In this document: positions 1-9,842 of the stretch, piece by piece
Layout of the letters: every line of letters begins with the position of its first letter
Numbering within the stretch: the stretch's first letter is position 1
From: Nitrososphaerota archaeon
Lineage (GTDB): Archaea; Thermoproteota; Nitrososphaeria_A; Caldarchaeales; JAVZCJ01
DNA: 64,000 bases
Direction of reading: 5' to 3'
Assembly (NCBI GenBank): GCA_038817485.1
Contig: JAWAZL010000002.1
Span: 2,918 to 66,917 of the forward strand
Notes under the pieces: model-generated
What the model saw: only the letters and a program-made list of their open reading frames with translations
The model's database searches: none
What the model was told of the DNA's origin: nothing
Translations under genes and position numbers: made by a program

Positions 1-5
1 CTAAA

Positions 6-284
6 TTGCATGATCTTGCATTTATAGTACAAGAAAATGATCTTCTTGATACGTTCTTTAAACCTAGTGGATTATGGAATTTTAATTTTCTAAAATATTA
101 TATTAAAGAAGGGGCTTCTATAATTGAAGTGAATGATTTGCTTTATTGCCATAAAGATTATATTAAATCAAAAATAAATCAAGATAAGAAAAGTTTCTAT
201 AAAGCTTTCATAAAGGCTCTAATAGAAGCTGAAGTAGAAGATATAGCAACATATATGGAAGTTTTAGAAGAGGTTTTGAGATAA
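6..284 (+). CDS. Partial ORF (C-terminal 92 codons), unknown function. Open to the window edge, with an internal TTG at 6 called as start. It is the first gene of the herA-mre11-rad50 operon and could be the C-terminus of a NurA-like nuclease.
   Basis: The reading frame is open upstream to position 3, so the gene probably begins outside the window. Its stop overlaps the herA-like start at 284. I recognise no motif in it. Confidence 0.35.
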   Translation: MHDLAFIVQENDLLDTFFKPSGLWNFNFLKYYIKEGASIIEVNDLLYCHKDYIKSKINQDKKSFYKAFIKALIEAEVEDIATYMEVLEEVLR

Positions 285-2029
285 TGGAAAGTAATGTTAT
301 AGAATTAGGAAGAATTATTCGTGGAAGTATTGGTGGAGGAATTATAGCATATTTAAAAAATGAAGAATCTATTGAAAATTATCCTTTAGGTTCGCTTATA
401 GCGATTTATGGAGAATCCCACAAATATTTAGCTTTAATAACAGATGTTGGAATAGAATCTTCAAATCAAGCTAATAGCTTAATTAGACCTAAAGTTTCAG
501 AAGAATTTATAGAAGCTGCAATTGATGTTTATAAAGAAAGGATAAGGAATCAATGGTTAAAACTTGCTTTAGTAGCACAAATAGCAAGTGAACAACCAAA
601 AACAGCAGATACGATGCCGAGTTTTTTCTCAATATTAAGAAATGTCACAGAAGATGATGTGAAAAAATTTTTTGGTATTGAAAATTATAAAACACATTGG
701 AATATAGGAGTGCCAAAGGTGCCAAAAGGGTTAGAAATTGAAATACCAATAGATATTGAGAAATTAATCGAGCTTAGTTTTGCTATTTATGGTAAATCTG
801 GCACTGGTAAAACTTTTCTTGGCAATCTTTTAGCAGGATATATTTTAGCTTATGATATAACGAAGGAAAAGATCGAGCAAAGAATCAAACTCTTAATATT
901 TGATATGCACTCTGAATATGCTTTAGAACTTAGAGATAATATGGGTAATAAAATAGCAAATGGTATAGCGTATATTTTCAGAGACTTCTTTTTAAGATAT
1001 ACTCCTGATGAATATCTTGCAAAAGAGAGAGGATTAAAACAACTTAAAATAAATTATACGAAAATTACAGAAGCTGATCTTAGAATGCTTAGCCCAATTT
1101 TTGGTATTACTGAAACATTTCTTAATCATTTATCAAGAATTAAAACAATATTAGCAAAAGACCTTAAATTAAATGAGCTATGGATATGGGGACTTATTTT
1201 AGATATTGATGATGAAGATAGGCTTATCAAAACTAATGAGGGTTTTTATTTAATTGAAGAAATAAAGAAAAGAGCAAATGTAAAAGACTTAGGTGAACTT
1301 AGAGAAAAAGCTTGCGAAATTATAAATAAGAAAATTGGAGCACCTGTTGAATCTTCTTTTAGGTCTCAAACTACTAAACTTAAAAGATTATTAGATTATC
1401 CATATACTATAAAAAATGAACAAGATACGATAGAAGAAATAGTTAATAATGTTTTAGATAGTGAAGGGAAAAATATAACAATAAGCATGGGTAGATTTGA
1501 AAAGGAAACTCCATTATATATGATGATCGCAAATCTATTAGCAAGAAGGCTTAGAGAAAAAATTTTAGAAAAATCAAGTAAAGGGGAAACTTTAGAAACC
1601 AAGATTGTGATATTCCTTGAAGAAGCTCATAATTTCTTAGGAAAAGAAGTATATAGACAATCACCATTTGGAGAAATTGCTAGAGAAATGAGAAAAAAGG
1701 GTGTAATAACGGTTGTAATAGATCAAAGACCAAGCGAATTAGATCCAGATGTTATAGGCATGATATGGACAAATTTTGTTTTCACATTAACAGATATAGA
1801 AGATATTAAATCATCACTTATAGGTTCCCCTCATCCAGAACTTTTTCGAAATATTATTCCAAACTTGGCTAGTAGAGAGGTTCTCATATATGGAGAAGCT
1901 GTAAGATTTCCAGTAGTATTAAAAGTTAAGGATTACAATATTGTAGAAATTTTCTTTAACGATTTAGTTAAAAAAATAAATAAAGAAGTTTTAAGAAGGA
2001 GGGAAAATGTTGAAAAAGAATTCCTTTAA
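284..2029 (+). CDS. herA: HerA-like (FtsK/HerA superfamily) bipolar DNA helicase/ATPase
   Basis: 581 aa. Walker A is YGKSGTGKTF and a Walker-B/DEAH-like segment is VIFLEEAHNFL. It lies immediately upstream of, and overlapping, mre11 and rad50, the canonical archaeal position for herA. Confidence 0.7.
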   Translation: MESNVIELGRIIRGSIGGGIIAYLKNEESIENYPLGSLIAIYGESHKYLALITDVGIESSNQANSLIRPKVSEEFIEAAIDVYKERIRNQWLKLALVAQIASEQPKTADTMPSFFSILRNVTEDDVKKFFGIENYKTHWNIGVPKVPKGLEIEIPIDIEKLIELSFAIYGKSGTGKTFLGNLLAGYILAYDITKEKIEQRIKLLIFDMHSEYALELRDNMGNKIANGIAYIFRDFFLRYTPDEYLAKERGLKQLKINYTKITEADLRMLSPIFGITETFLNHLSRIKTILAKDLKLNELWIWGLILDIDDEDRLIKTNEGFYLIEEIKKRANVKDLGELREKACEIINKKIGAPVESSFRSQTTKLKRLLDYPYTIKNEQDTIEEIVNNVLDSEGKNITISMGRFEKETPLYMMIANLLARRLREKILEKSSKGETLETKIVIFLEEAHNFLGKEVYRQSPFGEIAREMRKKGVITVVIDQRPSELDPDVIGMIWTNFVFTLTDIEDIKSSLIGSPHPELFRNIIPNLASREVLIYGEAVRFPVVLKVKDYNIVEIFFNDLVKKINKEVLRRRENVEKEFL

Positions 2030-3215
2030 ATTTATTCATACAGCTGATTTGCATTTAGGGGCAACTACAACATTAAAAGTTCATGGACCAAATATAGATG
2101 AAATAAGGAGAAAAGATTTTCATAATAATTTTGCTAAAATTGTTGATGAAGCTTTAAAGGAAAATGTAGATTTATTTTTAATATCTGGAGATGTTTTTCA
2201 TAAAAGTGACCCATCTCCAAAAGATTTTGTAGAATTTTCTGAACAAATAGGAAGATTAACGGAAGCAGGAATTAAAATTGTTATAATAGCAGGAAACCAT
2301 GATAGGCCAAGAGTTAAAGGAGGGCAGAATCCAATTCGTGGCTTAGTTGAAGCTAAACATCCAAGTTTATATTACATTCAAAGTACTATTAATGAACCTA
2401 TTATTATAGAAGGAAAAAAAGCATCTGTTGGAATTGTCCCCATTCCATACATAGACCCAAGAGTTGTTAAATATATAAATGAAGATTATGAAAAAATATT
2501 AAAAGAAAAAATAAGTAATATTTTAGAAAATCCAAAAATGGACAATGTTGATTATAAAATTTTAATGGCTCATTTAATCGTTTTAGGTGCAGATTATAAA
2601 AAAATTTTTTATTGGTTAGAAGATGAACCTAAAATAAAATTGAGTGATTTAATGGAAGAAAAATTTGATTATATAGCTTTAGGGCACATTCATACACCTC
2701 AACGTATTTCAAAAAAGGTTTATTACTCTGGTTCAATAGAGAAAGTAAGTTTCCTAGAAGAAGACGAAAATAAGAGTTTCATACTTGCAAGTTTTAATAA
2801 TAAGGAAGTAGAAGTAAAAGTAAAAAATTTATCATGTAGACCAATGAAAACTCTTGAATTTACCATAAACTCTAATTTAAATCCTACAGAAACTCTTATT
2901 GAAGCGATTGAAAAATTTAATATTGAAAATGGTACGCTTCTAAGAATTATAGTCAAGCTAGATCAAGTAGCATGGCATAATATAAATATAAGTAAGATCG
3001 AGCAAATGTTAATACAGAAAACAAAAGTTGCAGGATACGAGTTTGATAAAAATTTAATAGAATATAATAAGGAATTAAGAAGTTTACGTATAGAAGGAAA
3101 ACCTTTAAGAGATCAAATTTTAGATTTTATTCAAACACTTAATATAGACGAAAAAATTAAAAATCGTGCAAAAAAACTAGCAGAAGATATAATTGATGAA
3201 GTAGGCTTGCCATGA
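2007..3215 (+). CDS. mre11: Mre11 DNA double-strand-break repair nuclease (calcineurin-like phosphoesterase)
   Basis: The N-terminus is FIHTADLHLGA (phosphoesterase motif I). It also carries GDVFH, GNHD and the GHIH motif. It is translationally coupled to rad50. Confidence 0.85.
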   Translation: MLKKNSFKFIHTADLHLGATTTLKVHGPNIDEIRRKDFHNNFAKIVDEALKENVDLFLISGDVFHKSDPSPKDFVEFSEQIGRLTEAGIKIVIIAGNHDRPRVKGGQNPIRGLVEAKHPSLYYIQSTINEPIIIEGKKASVGIVPIPYIDPRVVKYINEDYEKILKEKISNILENPKMDNVDYKILMAHLIVLGADYKKIFYWLEDEPKIKLSDLMEEKFDYIALGHIHTPQRISKKVYYSGSIEKVSFLEEDENKSFILASFNNKEVEVKVKNLSCRPMKTLEFTINSNLNPTETLIEAIEKFNIENGTLLRIIVKLDQVAWHNINISKIEQMLIQKTKVAGYEFDKNLIEYNKELRSLRIEGKPLRDQILDFIQTLNIDEKIKNRAKKLAEDIIDEVGLP

Positions 3216-5599
3216 TACTTATAAACTTAAAAGTTAACAATATAGCAACTTATAAGTACTACGAATTAAAATTTGATGAATTAAAATATCCATTATTTAT
3301 AACGGGTGAAACTGGAGCAGGTAAAACAACATTTTTTATAGATGCAATTACCGCCGCTCTTTGTAAAGGTGCTTACGGTCATACAACAAATTTTGCAGAT
3401 ATTATAATGAAAGGGGCATCTAGAGCAGAAATTCAACTTACATTCAAAATAGAAGATAAATTGTATAGAATAAAAAGGATTTTTGAAGTAAGAAAAGGTA
3501 CTTCACAAGCTTTTCTTGAGGAATATGATGGAAAAAATTGGACTTTAGTAACTGCTAGAGTAAGTGAGGTTGATAAAAAATTAAAAAATATTATGGGTTT
3601 AGATTATGATGGATTATTAAATTCAGTAATTATTAGACAAGGTGATGTTTATACTTTTATAAAAATGCAACCTTCTCAAAGAAGAGATTTTTTATTAAAT
3701 CTTTTCAAAATAGGATTGGATGAATTAAAAATAAAAACTGATGAAAAAAGAAATATTATTATTAAAGAAATTGAGAATATTGAAAGAGAAATTCAATTTT
3801 TGAAAGAAAATATCGATAAAGAAATAGAATTCTTAAATACAAAAGAAAAAATAGAAAATGAGAAAAAACAATTAGAATTAGAAATAGAAAAAAAAGAATT
3901 TTTTAAAAAGGAAATAGAAAATAGAATAGGTGAAATAAGAAAAAAGTTAAGTAATATTGAAAAAGAATTAAGTATTTTTGAAGAAAAGAACAAGATTTTA
4001 GAAGAAAAATATAAGGAATTAAACAAAATTCAAGAACAAATTAATGAAAAGGAAGCAAAAATAGGAATTTATCCAAGCTGGAAACTTGAAAAAATTAATG
4101 AAATACAAGAAAAAATTAATGAATACTATTTATTACAATCACAAATAATTACCAAAGAAGAAAAGGAGGTTAAACCATATAGAGAACTTCTTAATAAATT
4201 AGAGGAAGTAAACAAAATCGAAAGTTTACTAAATCAATTCGTTAATATAGATAAAAGGCTTAAAGAAATAGAAAATAAAATAGAAGAGATTAAAAATTAT
4301 AAATTTGAAATTCAAGGAAAGATGAATATTGTTTTAGAGGCAATCAAAACTTTAGATAATATTGAAGCAGAATGCCCAGTATGTGGCTCAAAGCTTACAT
4401 TTCAAGTAAAAGAAAATAGAAAAAAACATTTAGAAGAAGAAAATAAAAAATTAAATATAGAAATAGAAAAACTTGACAATCAACTTAAAAATTTAATCAA
4501 TGAAAAAAATGATTTAGAAAAAAAGAAAAATGAAAGAAATAATTTAATAATAAGATTAGAAGTATTAAAAGAAAGTATAGATGGAAGAAAAATAGATAAA
4601 GAAGAATTAAATAAAATTGAAAAACAAATTCAAGAAATGAAAATATATGCAAATATTATTAAGAAGGAAATAGAAGATTTTATTGAAGCACCTATTGAAA
4701 ATTCGCAAAAAATTTTAATAAGTATGATTGAAGCTAAAGATGCTTTATCACAAATAAAATTACTTAGACAAAACCTCATTAATATTCAAAATGATATTGA
4801 GAAAATCGAGGAAGAATTGAAGAGTAAACCAAATTTCTATAAAGAAATGAAAGAATTAAAAATAGAAGAAAATAATCTTAATAAAGAATATGAAAAAGTC
4901 ATAGAAGAAATAAAATTAGAAAGTCAGAAATTAGGGGAAGCAAATCAAAGTATAAAACAAATAGAAGAAGAAATTAAGAAAATTAATGAAGCTAAAGAAA
5001 AGTATAATGAGTTAAATAAGAAACTTAATGAGTTAAAAATTGATAAAGAAGCACTCACACTCCTTAGTGAAAGTGTCTTTGCACCAAGAGCATTACCTAC
5101 AAAATTGCTTGAGGATTATATTCAATTAATTAGCCAATATGCAAGCTATTATATTAAAAAATTTAATCCAGATATAGATATTAATATTGAACTTGTTAAA
5201 GGTTCAAAACCTGAAGAGCAAAAAGTTGAAGTTAAAATAATGTCAGGAGGATATGAAAGAAGATATGAAACATATAGTGGGGGAGAAAGCACACTTATAG
5301 GTTTTGCTATAAGATTAGCAATAGGTAAAGCAATAGCTGAACTTTATGCTGAAACAAAGAAGCCTAAATTTTTAATAATAGATGAAGGTTTTGGACCATT
5401 GGATGAAAAGAAAAGGAATGAAGTAGCTGAAGCAATTTCTGAGCTTTATGAAATAGGGGAGTATGAACAAATAATTGTTATATCACATCAAACAGAATTA
5501 AAATCAAATCCAGCATTTAGGACAGTATTTGAAGTATATAGGGATAGTGATGGTTATAGTAAAATAAGAGATGTGACAGAAACTGCTTATGAAACTTAA
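3212..5599 (+). CDS. rad50: Rad50 SMC-like ATPase
   Basis: Walker A is GETGAGKTT. A long K/E-rich coiled coil carries a central CPVCG zinc hook. The C-terminus has the SGGE signature and the LIIDEGFG Walker B. Confidence 0.9.
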   Translation: MILINLKVNNIATYKYYELKFDELKYPLFITGETGAGKTTFFIDAITAALCKGAYGHTTNFADIIMKGASRAEIQLTFKIEDKLYRIKRIFEVRKGTSQAFLEEYDGKNWTLVTARVSEVDKKLKNIMGLDYDGLLNSVIIRQGDVYTFIKMQPSQRRDFLLNLFKIGLDELKIKTDEKRNIIIKEIENIEREIQFLKENIDKEIEFLNTKEKIENEKKQLELEIEKKEFFKKEIENRIGEIRKKLSNIEKELSIFEEKNKILEEKYKELNKIQEQINEKEAKIGIYPSWKLEKINEIQEKINEYYLLQSQIITKEEKEVKPYRELLNKLEEVNKIESLLNQFVNIDKRLKEIENKIEEIKNYKFEIQGKMNIVLEAIKTLDNIEAECPVCGSKLTFQVKENRKKHLEEENKKLNIEIEKLDNQLKNLINEKNDLEKKKNERNNLIIRLEVLKESIDGRKIDKEELNKIEKQIQEMKIYANIIKKEIEDFIEAPIENSQKILISMIEAKDALSQIKLLRQNLINIQNDIEKIEEELKSKPNFYKEMKELKIEENNLNKEYEKVIEEIKLESQKLGEANQSIKQIEEEIKKINEAKEKYNELNKKLNELKIDKEALTLLSESVFAPRALPTKLLEDYIQLISQYASYYIKKFNPDIDINIELVKGSKPEEQKVEVKIMSGGYERRYETYSGGESTLIGFAIRLAIGKAIAELYAETKKPKFLIIDEGFGPLDEKKRNEVAEAISELYEIGEYEQIIVISHQTELKSNPAFRTVFEVYRDSDGYSKIRDVTETAYET

Positions 5600-5675
5600 T
5601 TTATTACAAATTTTAGAGTATAAGTAATAAAAAATTTAAATATATTTTTCATTATAATAAAAAGGGGCATCTACA

Positions 5676-6587
5676 ATGAAAAATTTTCATTTATATGATT
5701 TAATTATAATTGGAGGAGGCCCTGCAGGAATAACCGCAGCTATTTATGCTGCTCGTAATAAGATTAATTTTATGCTAGTTACAGTTAATATTGGTGGACA
5801 AGTAGTTCTTTCATCCCAAATAGAAAATTATACCGGCTTTCAATATATTACTGGTGAGGAATTAAAGAAAAAATTTCAAGAACATTTAGATAAATATAAA
5901 TTCGATTTAAAAATGGAAGAAGTTAAAAAAATTGAGAGAGAAAATAATTTATTTAAAGTAATAACTGATTCTGGTACTTACTTAAGTAAAACTGTTATAA
6001 TAGCAACAGGAAGGAGACCTAAAGAACTTAAAATTCCTGGTGAAGCAAAATTTAAGAATAGAGGAGTCACATATTGTGCGATATGTGATGCACCACTTTT
6101 TGAAGATTTAGATGTTGCTGTTATTGGTGGTGGAAACTCTGGATTAGAAGCAGTTCTTCAACTTATTAAAATTGCTAAAAGTATAAATCTTATAGAAATC
6201 AATCCAGAACTGAAAGCTGAAAAAATATTAATTGAGAAAGCATTAGCTTCAAATAAAGTAAAAATATGGACTAGTACCAAAATAAAAGAAATAATAGGTG
6301 ATAAAACTGTTAAATATATTAAAATAGAAAGAAACGGAAAAGAAATACTTTTGCCTGTTCAAGGTGTTTTTATAGAAATAGGATCTGTTCCAAATTCTGA
6401 AATAGTAGATTTTGTTGATAAAAATATTTTTGGTGAAATAATTGTAAATTGTAAATGTGAAACTAACATTCCAGGATTGTTTGCTGCAGGAGATGTTACT
6501 AATGTTCCTGAAAAACAAATAATAATTGCTGCAGGTGAAGGATGTAAAGCAGCTTTATCAGCTATAAAATATCTTCGAATGAAATGA
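5676..6587 (+). CDS. trxB: Thioredoxin-reductase-like FAD/NAD(P)-dependent disulfide oxidoreductase
   Basis: FAD fold is IIGGGPAGITAAIYAAR. The redox motif CAICDA (CxxC) and a second GGGNSG dinucleotide fold are present. Length is 303 aa. Confidence 0.75.
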   Translation: MKNFHLYDLIIIGGGPAGITAAIYAARNKINFMLVTVNIGGQVVLSSQIENYTGFQYITGEELKKKFQEHLDKYKFDLKMEEVKKIERENNLFKVITDSGTYLSKTVIIATGRRPKELKIPGEAKFKNRGVTYCAICDAPLFEDLDVAVIGGGNSGLEAVLQLIKIAKSINLIEINPELKAEKILIEKALASNKVKIWTSTKIKEIIGDKTVKYIKIERNGKEILLPVQGVFIEIGSVPNSEIVDFVDKNIFGEIIVNCKCETNIPGLFAAGDVTNVPEKQIIIAAGEGCKAALSAIKYLRMK

Positions 6588-6948
6588 AAATTCTAAATTT
6601 TTTAATTAAATACATTTTTTCTTAAATTTTCTTTGGATATAAAACAGGACGCATATAGTGTAAGATAGGTAATCCATTTAAATAGTCACTTCAGGAGTAT
6701 TATTATTTTTTAAATTCGCTCTTTATAAATAGTTATTTATTTTTATATTGCAATAAGCATAGTGATTAAGAACATAAGATATATATAGGAGTATATTTTA
6801 ATTTATAACTACGTTATGGAGGGGAGTATGACTAGGAAAAGACAGCTATATTAAAGCACTTAAATGTAGAGAGTGTGGTAAAGAGTTTTTACCAACCAAA
6901 ATTTATGCATGTGAACACTGTTTTGCCCCTCTAGAAGTAATTTATGAC

Positions 6949-8076
6949 ATGGATTCTATTAGGCTTTATAGAGGGTTTTTTAAAAATAGGCCACGTACTC
7001 TTTGGCGTTATCATGAACTCTTACCTATAAAAGATAAAACAAAGATTGTGGATCTGGGAGCCGGTTATACTCCACTACACAATTGTGATAGATTAGCTAG
7101 AAAACTTGGAATACGGAAACTTTACATAAAAGATGATACTATAAATCCAACAAATTCTTTTAAAGATAGGCCTGCTACAGTTGCAGTATCCAAAGCTCTT
7201 GAATTTGGCTTTAAGAATATAGGATGCGTTTCAACTGGAAATCTTGCTGCAGCTACAGCTGCTCATGCTGCAAAAGCTGGAATGCCATGCTATGTTTTCA
7301 TTCCATTTGATATTGAAATGAATAAAGTTTTACAAGCAGCAATCTATGGAGCTAAAATAATTGCTGTAAAAGGAACTTATGATGAAGCTAATAGACTTGC
7401 AGCTGAAGCTATAGATGAATATGGTTTAGCTATAGTAAATGTGAATATTCGCCCATATTATGTGGAAGGGTCAAAAACTTTAATTTTTGAAATATGTGAG
7501 CAATTGGGATGGAGAGCACCAGATAATATTATAGTTCCAATGGGTAGCGGAGCATTACTTTGTAGTATCTGGAGAGGCTTAAAACAATTTATGGAAATTG
7601 GTTTAATTAATGGATTGGAAACAAGAATTATAGGAGCTCAACCTGAAGGTTGTTCGCCTATTGTAAAAGCTTTTAAATCTAATTTAAATGATATTTTTCC
7701 TATAGAGAAACCAAGAACAATTGCTAAAAGTTTAGCTATTGGAGACCCTGGAGATGGAATTTATGCTTTAAAAATTATAAGAGAATCAAATGGTGTTGCT
7801 GAATCTGCTAGTGATGAAGAAATATTGGAAGGAATTAAACTTTTAGCTGAGAATGAAGGGATTTTTACTGAACCAGCTGGAGGAGTTACTATGGCAGTTT
7901 TAAAGAAGCTAATCGAGTCAGGTGAAATTTCAAGAGATGAAGAAGTAGTTTGCTGTATTACTGGAAGTGGTTTTAAATCATCTGAAACAATTTTAGAGGC
8001 GATTCCAAAACCAATTGAAATAAATCCATTACTAAAGGAATTGAAAAATTTGTTTGAGGTGAATGATCATGAGTAA
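6949..8076 (+). CDS. Threonine-synthase-family PLP enzyme with an archaeal-type N-terminal Zn-ribbon. The ribbon is encoded upstream of the called ATG, from about 6832 (see findings). It is probably a sulfur-carrier-dependent beta/gamma-replacement enzyme (homocysteine or cysteine formation).
   Basis: The PLP-lysine motif is INPTNSFKDRPA, matching the threonine synthase PTGSFKDR. Residues 6850-6948 in the same frame encode KCRECGKEF...CEHC. The gene overlaps the downstream MoaD-like gene by 14 nt. Confidence 0.7.
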   Translation: MDSIRLYRGFFKNRPRTLWRYHELLPIKDKTKIVDLGAGYTPLHNCDRLARKLGIRKLYIKDDTINPTNSFKDRPATVAVSKALEFGFKNIGCVSTGNLAAATAAHAAKAGMPCYVFIPFDIEMNKVLQAAIYGAKIIAVKGTYDEANRLAAEAIDEYGLAIVNVNIRPYYVEGSKTLIFEICEQLGWRAPDNIIVPMGSGALLCSIWRGLKQFMEIGLINGLETRIIGAQPEGCSPIVKAFKSNLNDIFPIEKPRTIAKSLAIGDPGDGIYALKIIRESNGVAESASDEEILEGIKLLAENEGIFTEPAGGVTMAVLKKLIESGEISRDEEVVCCITGSGFKSSETILEAIPKPIEINPLLKELKNLFEVNDHE

Positions 8077-8347
8077 TGTTAAAGTAAGTTTCTTTGGCAT
8101 TTTAGTTAAAATAACTGGAGAGAAAAACATAGATATTGAAGCTTTAACAATTAGAGATGTTATAAACCTATTAATTGCAAGATATGGAAAAGAGTTTGAA
8201 AAAGCGATTTACAATGAAAATGGAGAGCTAAAGAGATTCATTAATATTTATGTTAATGGGAGAGATATACGTTTTCTTAATTATTTTGATACAAAATTAA
8301 ATAATGGAGATGAAGTTTCAATTATTCCAGCAATAGGAGGAGGCTAA
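8063..8347 (+). CDS. MoaD/ThiS/CysO-like ubiquitin-fold sulfur-carrier protein
   Basis: 94 aa beta-grasp-sized protein ending ...GDEVSIIPAIGGG-stop. It is coupled to the PLP enzyme upstream and the E1-like gene downstream. Confidence 0.75.
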   Translation: MIMSNVKVSFFGILVKITGEKNIDIEALTIRDVINLLIARYGKEFEKAIYNENGELKRFINIYVNGRDIRFLNYFDTKLNNGDEVSIIPAIGGG

Positions 8348-8505
8348 ATGGTAAGAGCAATTTTAAATAAAATTGATTGGTTATCATATTTTATTAAAAT
8401 TAATTGATTTCATAAAAGGAAAATTATATTAAAAAGCTTGAAATAATCTTACAATATGTTTATATCTTAAAAAATTTATATAACAGTGTTATCAAAGGAG
8501 ATTAA

Positions 8506-9597
8506 ATGTTTAAAGAGAGGATAAAAGATCTTTCAAATGAAGAATTAGAATTTTATTCTCGACAGATAGTACTTTCAGAAATTGGTTATAATGGACAATT
8601 GAGATTAAAAAATGCTAAAGTTTGCATAGTTGGTTTGGGCGGGCTAGGTTCTCCCGCAGCATTACAATTAGCAGCCATGGGTATAGGTTATTTACGATTA
8701 GTTGATTTTGATACTGTCGAGATTTCAAATTTACAGAGACAGTATCTTTATGATATAGATTCTTTAGGATACCCAAAAGTTGAAGTAGCAGCAAAAAAAT
8801 TAAATAAGCTAAATCCGAATATAGAAATAGAACCTTTACCTTTATCTTTAAATGTAAATAATGCTGAGGAAATAATTAAAGGTATGGATGTAGTAATCGA
8901 TGGATTAGATGCTATGGCTCCTCGTTATGCTATAAATAGAGCTTGTTTAAAACTTAAAATACCTTATGTTTTTGGTGCTGCAATAATGACATATGGAAAT
9001 GTTTCTACGATAATACCAGGTAAAACTCCTTGCTTAGAATGCTTCCAAGGGAATATCGATGATAATGTATTGCCAACATGTGCTATAGTAGGTGTTCATT
9101 CATCAATATTAAATATTATAGCTAGTATTGAAGTAGCTGAAGCAATAAGGATAATTCTTGGAGAAGAACCTCATTTAGCAAACAAGTTACTTTATTGTGA
9201 TATTAAAGATATGAGATTTATAGAATTAAAAATTCTAAAATCAGAAAGCTGTCCAATATGTGGTTCAAAACCATCAAAACCCCCTATGTTTTTAAAACAT
9301 GAATTGATTAATGAAATTTGTGGTAGAAGAGGAAAAAGAGTTTTTGTTATCACACCAAAGAAAAATTTAGATTTAAATATTGATGAGTTATATCGCTTCT
9401 TAATAAATAATGGTTTTAATATTAATATTAAAGCTAATCTTGGTATAACATTCAAAGATGATTTAAAAATAGCAGCAAGTATTTTAAAAAGTGGGATAAT
9501 GATAGTTGAAGGAGCAGATAATGAAAAAGAAGCTTATGATTTTTATAGTAAAATAATAATTGAAAAATTAAAGATTCCTAGATCAAATATTGAATAA
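8506..9597 (+). CDS. E1-like (MoeB/ThiF/UbaA family) adenylyltransferase with a roughly 110-aa C-terminal extension of unknown function
   Basis: The Rossmann motif is VCIVGLGGLGSPAALQLAAMG. Zinc-motif cysteines are CLEC...CPICG. At 363 aa it is longer than the usual 270 aa. Confidence 0.8.
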   Translation: MFKERIKDLSNEELEFYSRQIVLSEIGYNGQLRLKNAKVCIVGLGGLGSPAALQLAAMGIGYLRLVDFDTVEISNLQRQYLYDIDSLGYPKVEVAAKKLNKLNPNIEIEPLPLSLNVNNAEEIIKGMDVVIDGLDAMAPRYAINRACLKLKIPYVFGAAIMTYGNVSTIIPGKTPCLECFQGNIDDNVLPTCAIVGVHSSILNIIASIEVAEAIRIILGEEPHLANKLLYCDIKDMRFIELKILKSESCPICGSKPSKPPMFLKHELINEICGRRGKRVFVITPKKNLDLNIDELYRFLINNGFNINIKANLGITFKDDLKIAASILKSGIMIVEGADNEKEAYDFYSKIIIEKLKIPRSNIE

Positions 9598-9659
9598 ATG
9601 AAGAGCAGCTTATTTATATATCTTAAGAACATTTTCCTATTTGGCATGCTTAGTTATTT

Positions 9660-9777
9660 CTAAATTACAACTTTTATATTTTCTACACCACTCTTCGCAT
9701 TTTTCAGCCCAAATCTTCTCTTTATATTTTAATTTACATTCTTCACAAATGTAAAATCCATTTATTTCTTTTACCAT
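9660..9777 (-). CDS. Small Cys-rich (Zn-ribbon-like) protein of 39 aa, MVKEINGFYICEECKLKYKEKIWAEKCEEWCRKYKSCNL
   Basis: ATG at 9777 (complement), stop at 9660. It has six Cys in a CxxC...C...C arrangement. It is below the ORF-track size cut-off. Confidence 0.35.
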
Positions 9778-9842
9778 TTTCCAAATTCCTCTTTTTCTAC
9801 AATTTCCTTCTTTTTAATTATATATCACATTCATAATAAATG

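Noticed and set aside
1396-1602. Short antisense ORFs inside long genes. Examples: 1396..1602, 2723..2956, 3793..4026, 6249..6518, 9192..9455, 14144..14431, 24600..25202, 37060..37539, 38047..38400, 48473..48805, 49671..50255, 53656..53880, 55692..56122, 56330..56527 and 59473..60306.
   Set aside because: Each lies wholly within a well-supported CDS on the opposite strand. Each has low-complexity S/F/I/L-rich composition typical of the antisense of K/E-rich AT-rich coding DNA. None has motifs.
3700-5050. Highly repetitive AAAGAA/GAAATAGAA-rich DNA that looks like a tandem or CRISPR-like array
   Set aside because: It is the Rad50 coiled-coil coding region (K/E/I heptads). Periodicity is at the codon level, not fixed-length repeat-spacer units. 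No CRISPR repeats were seen anywhere in the window.
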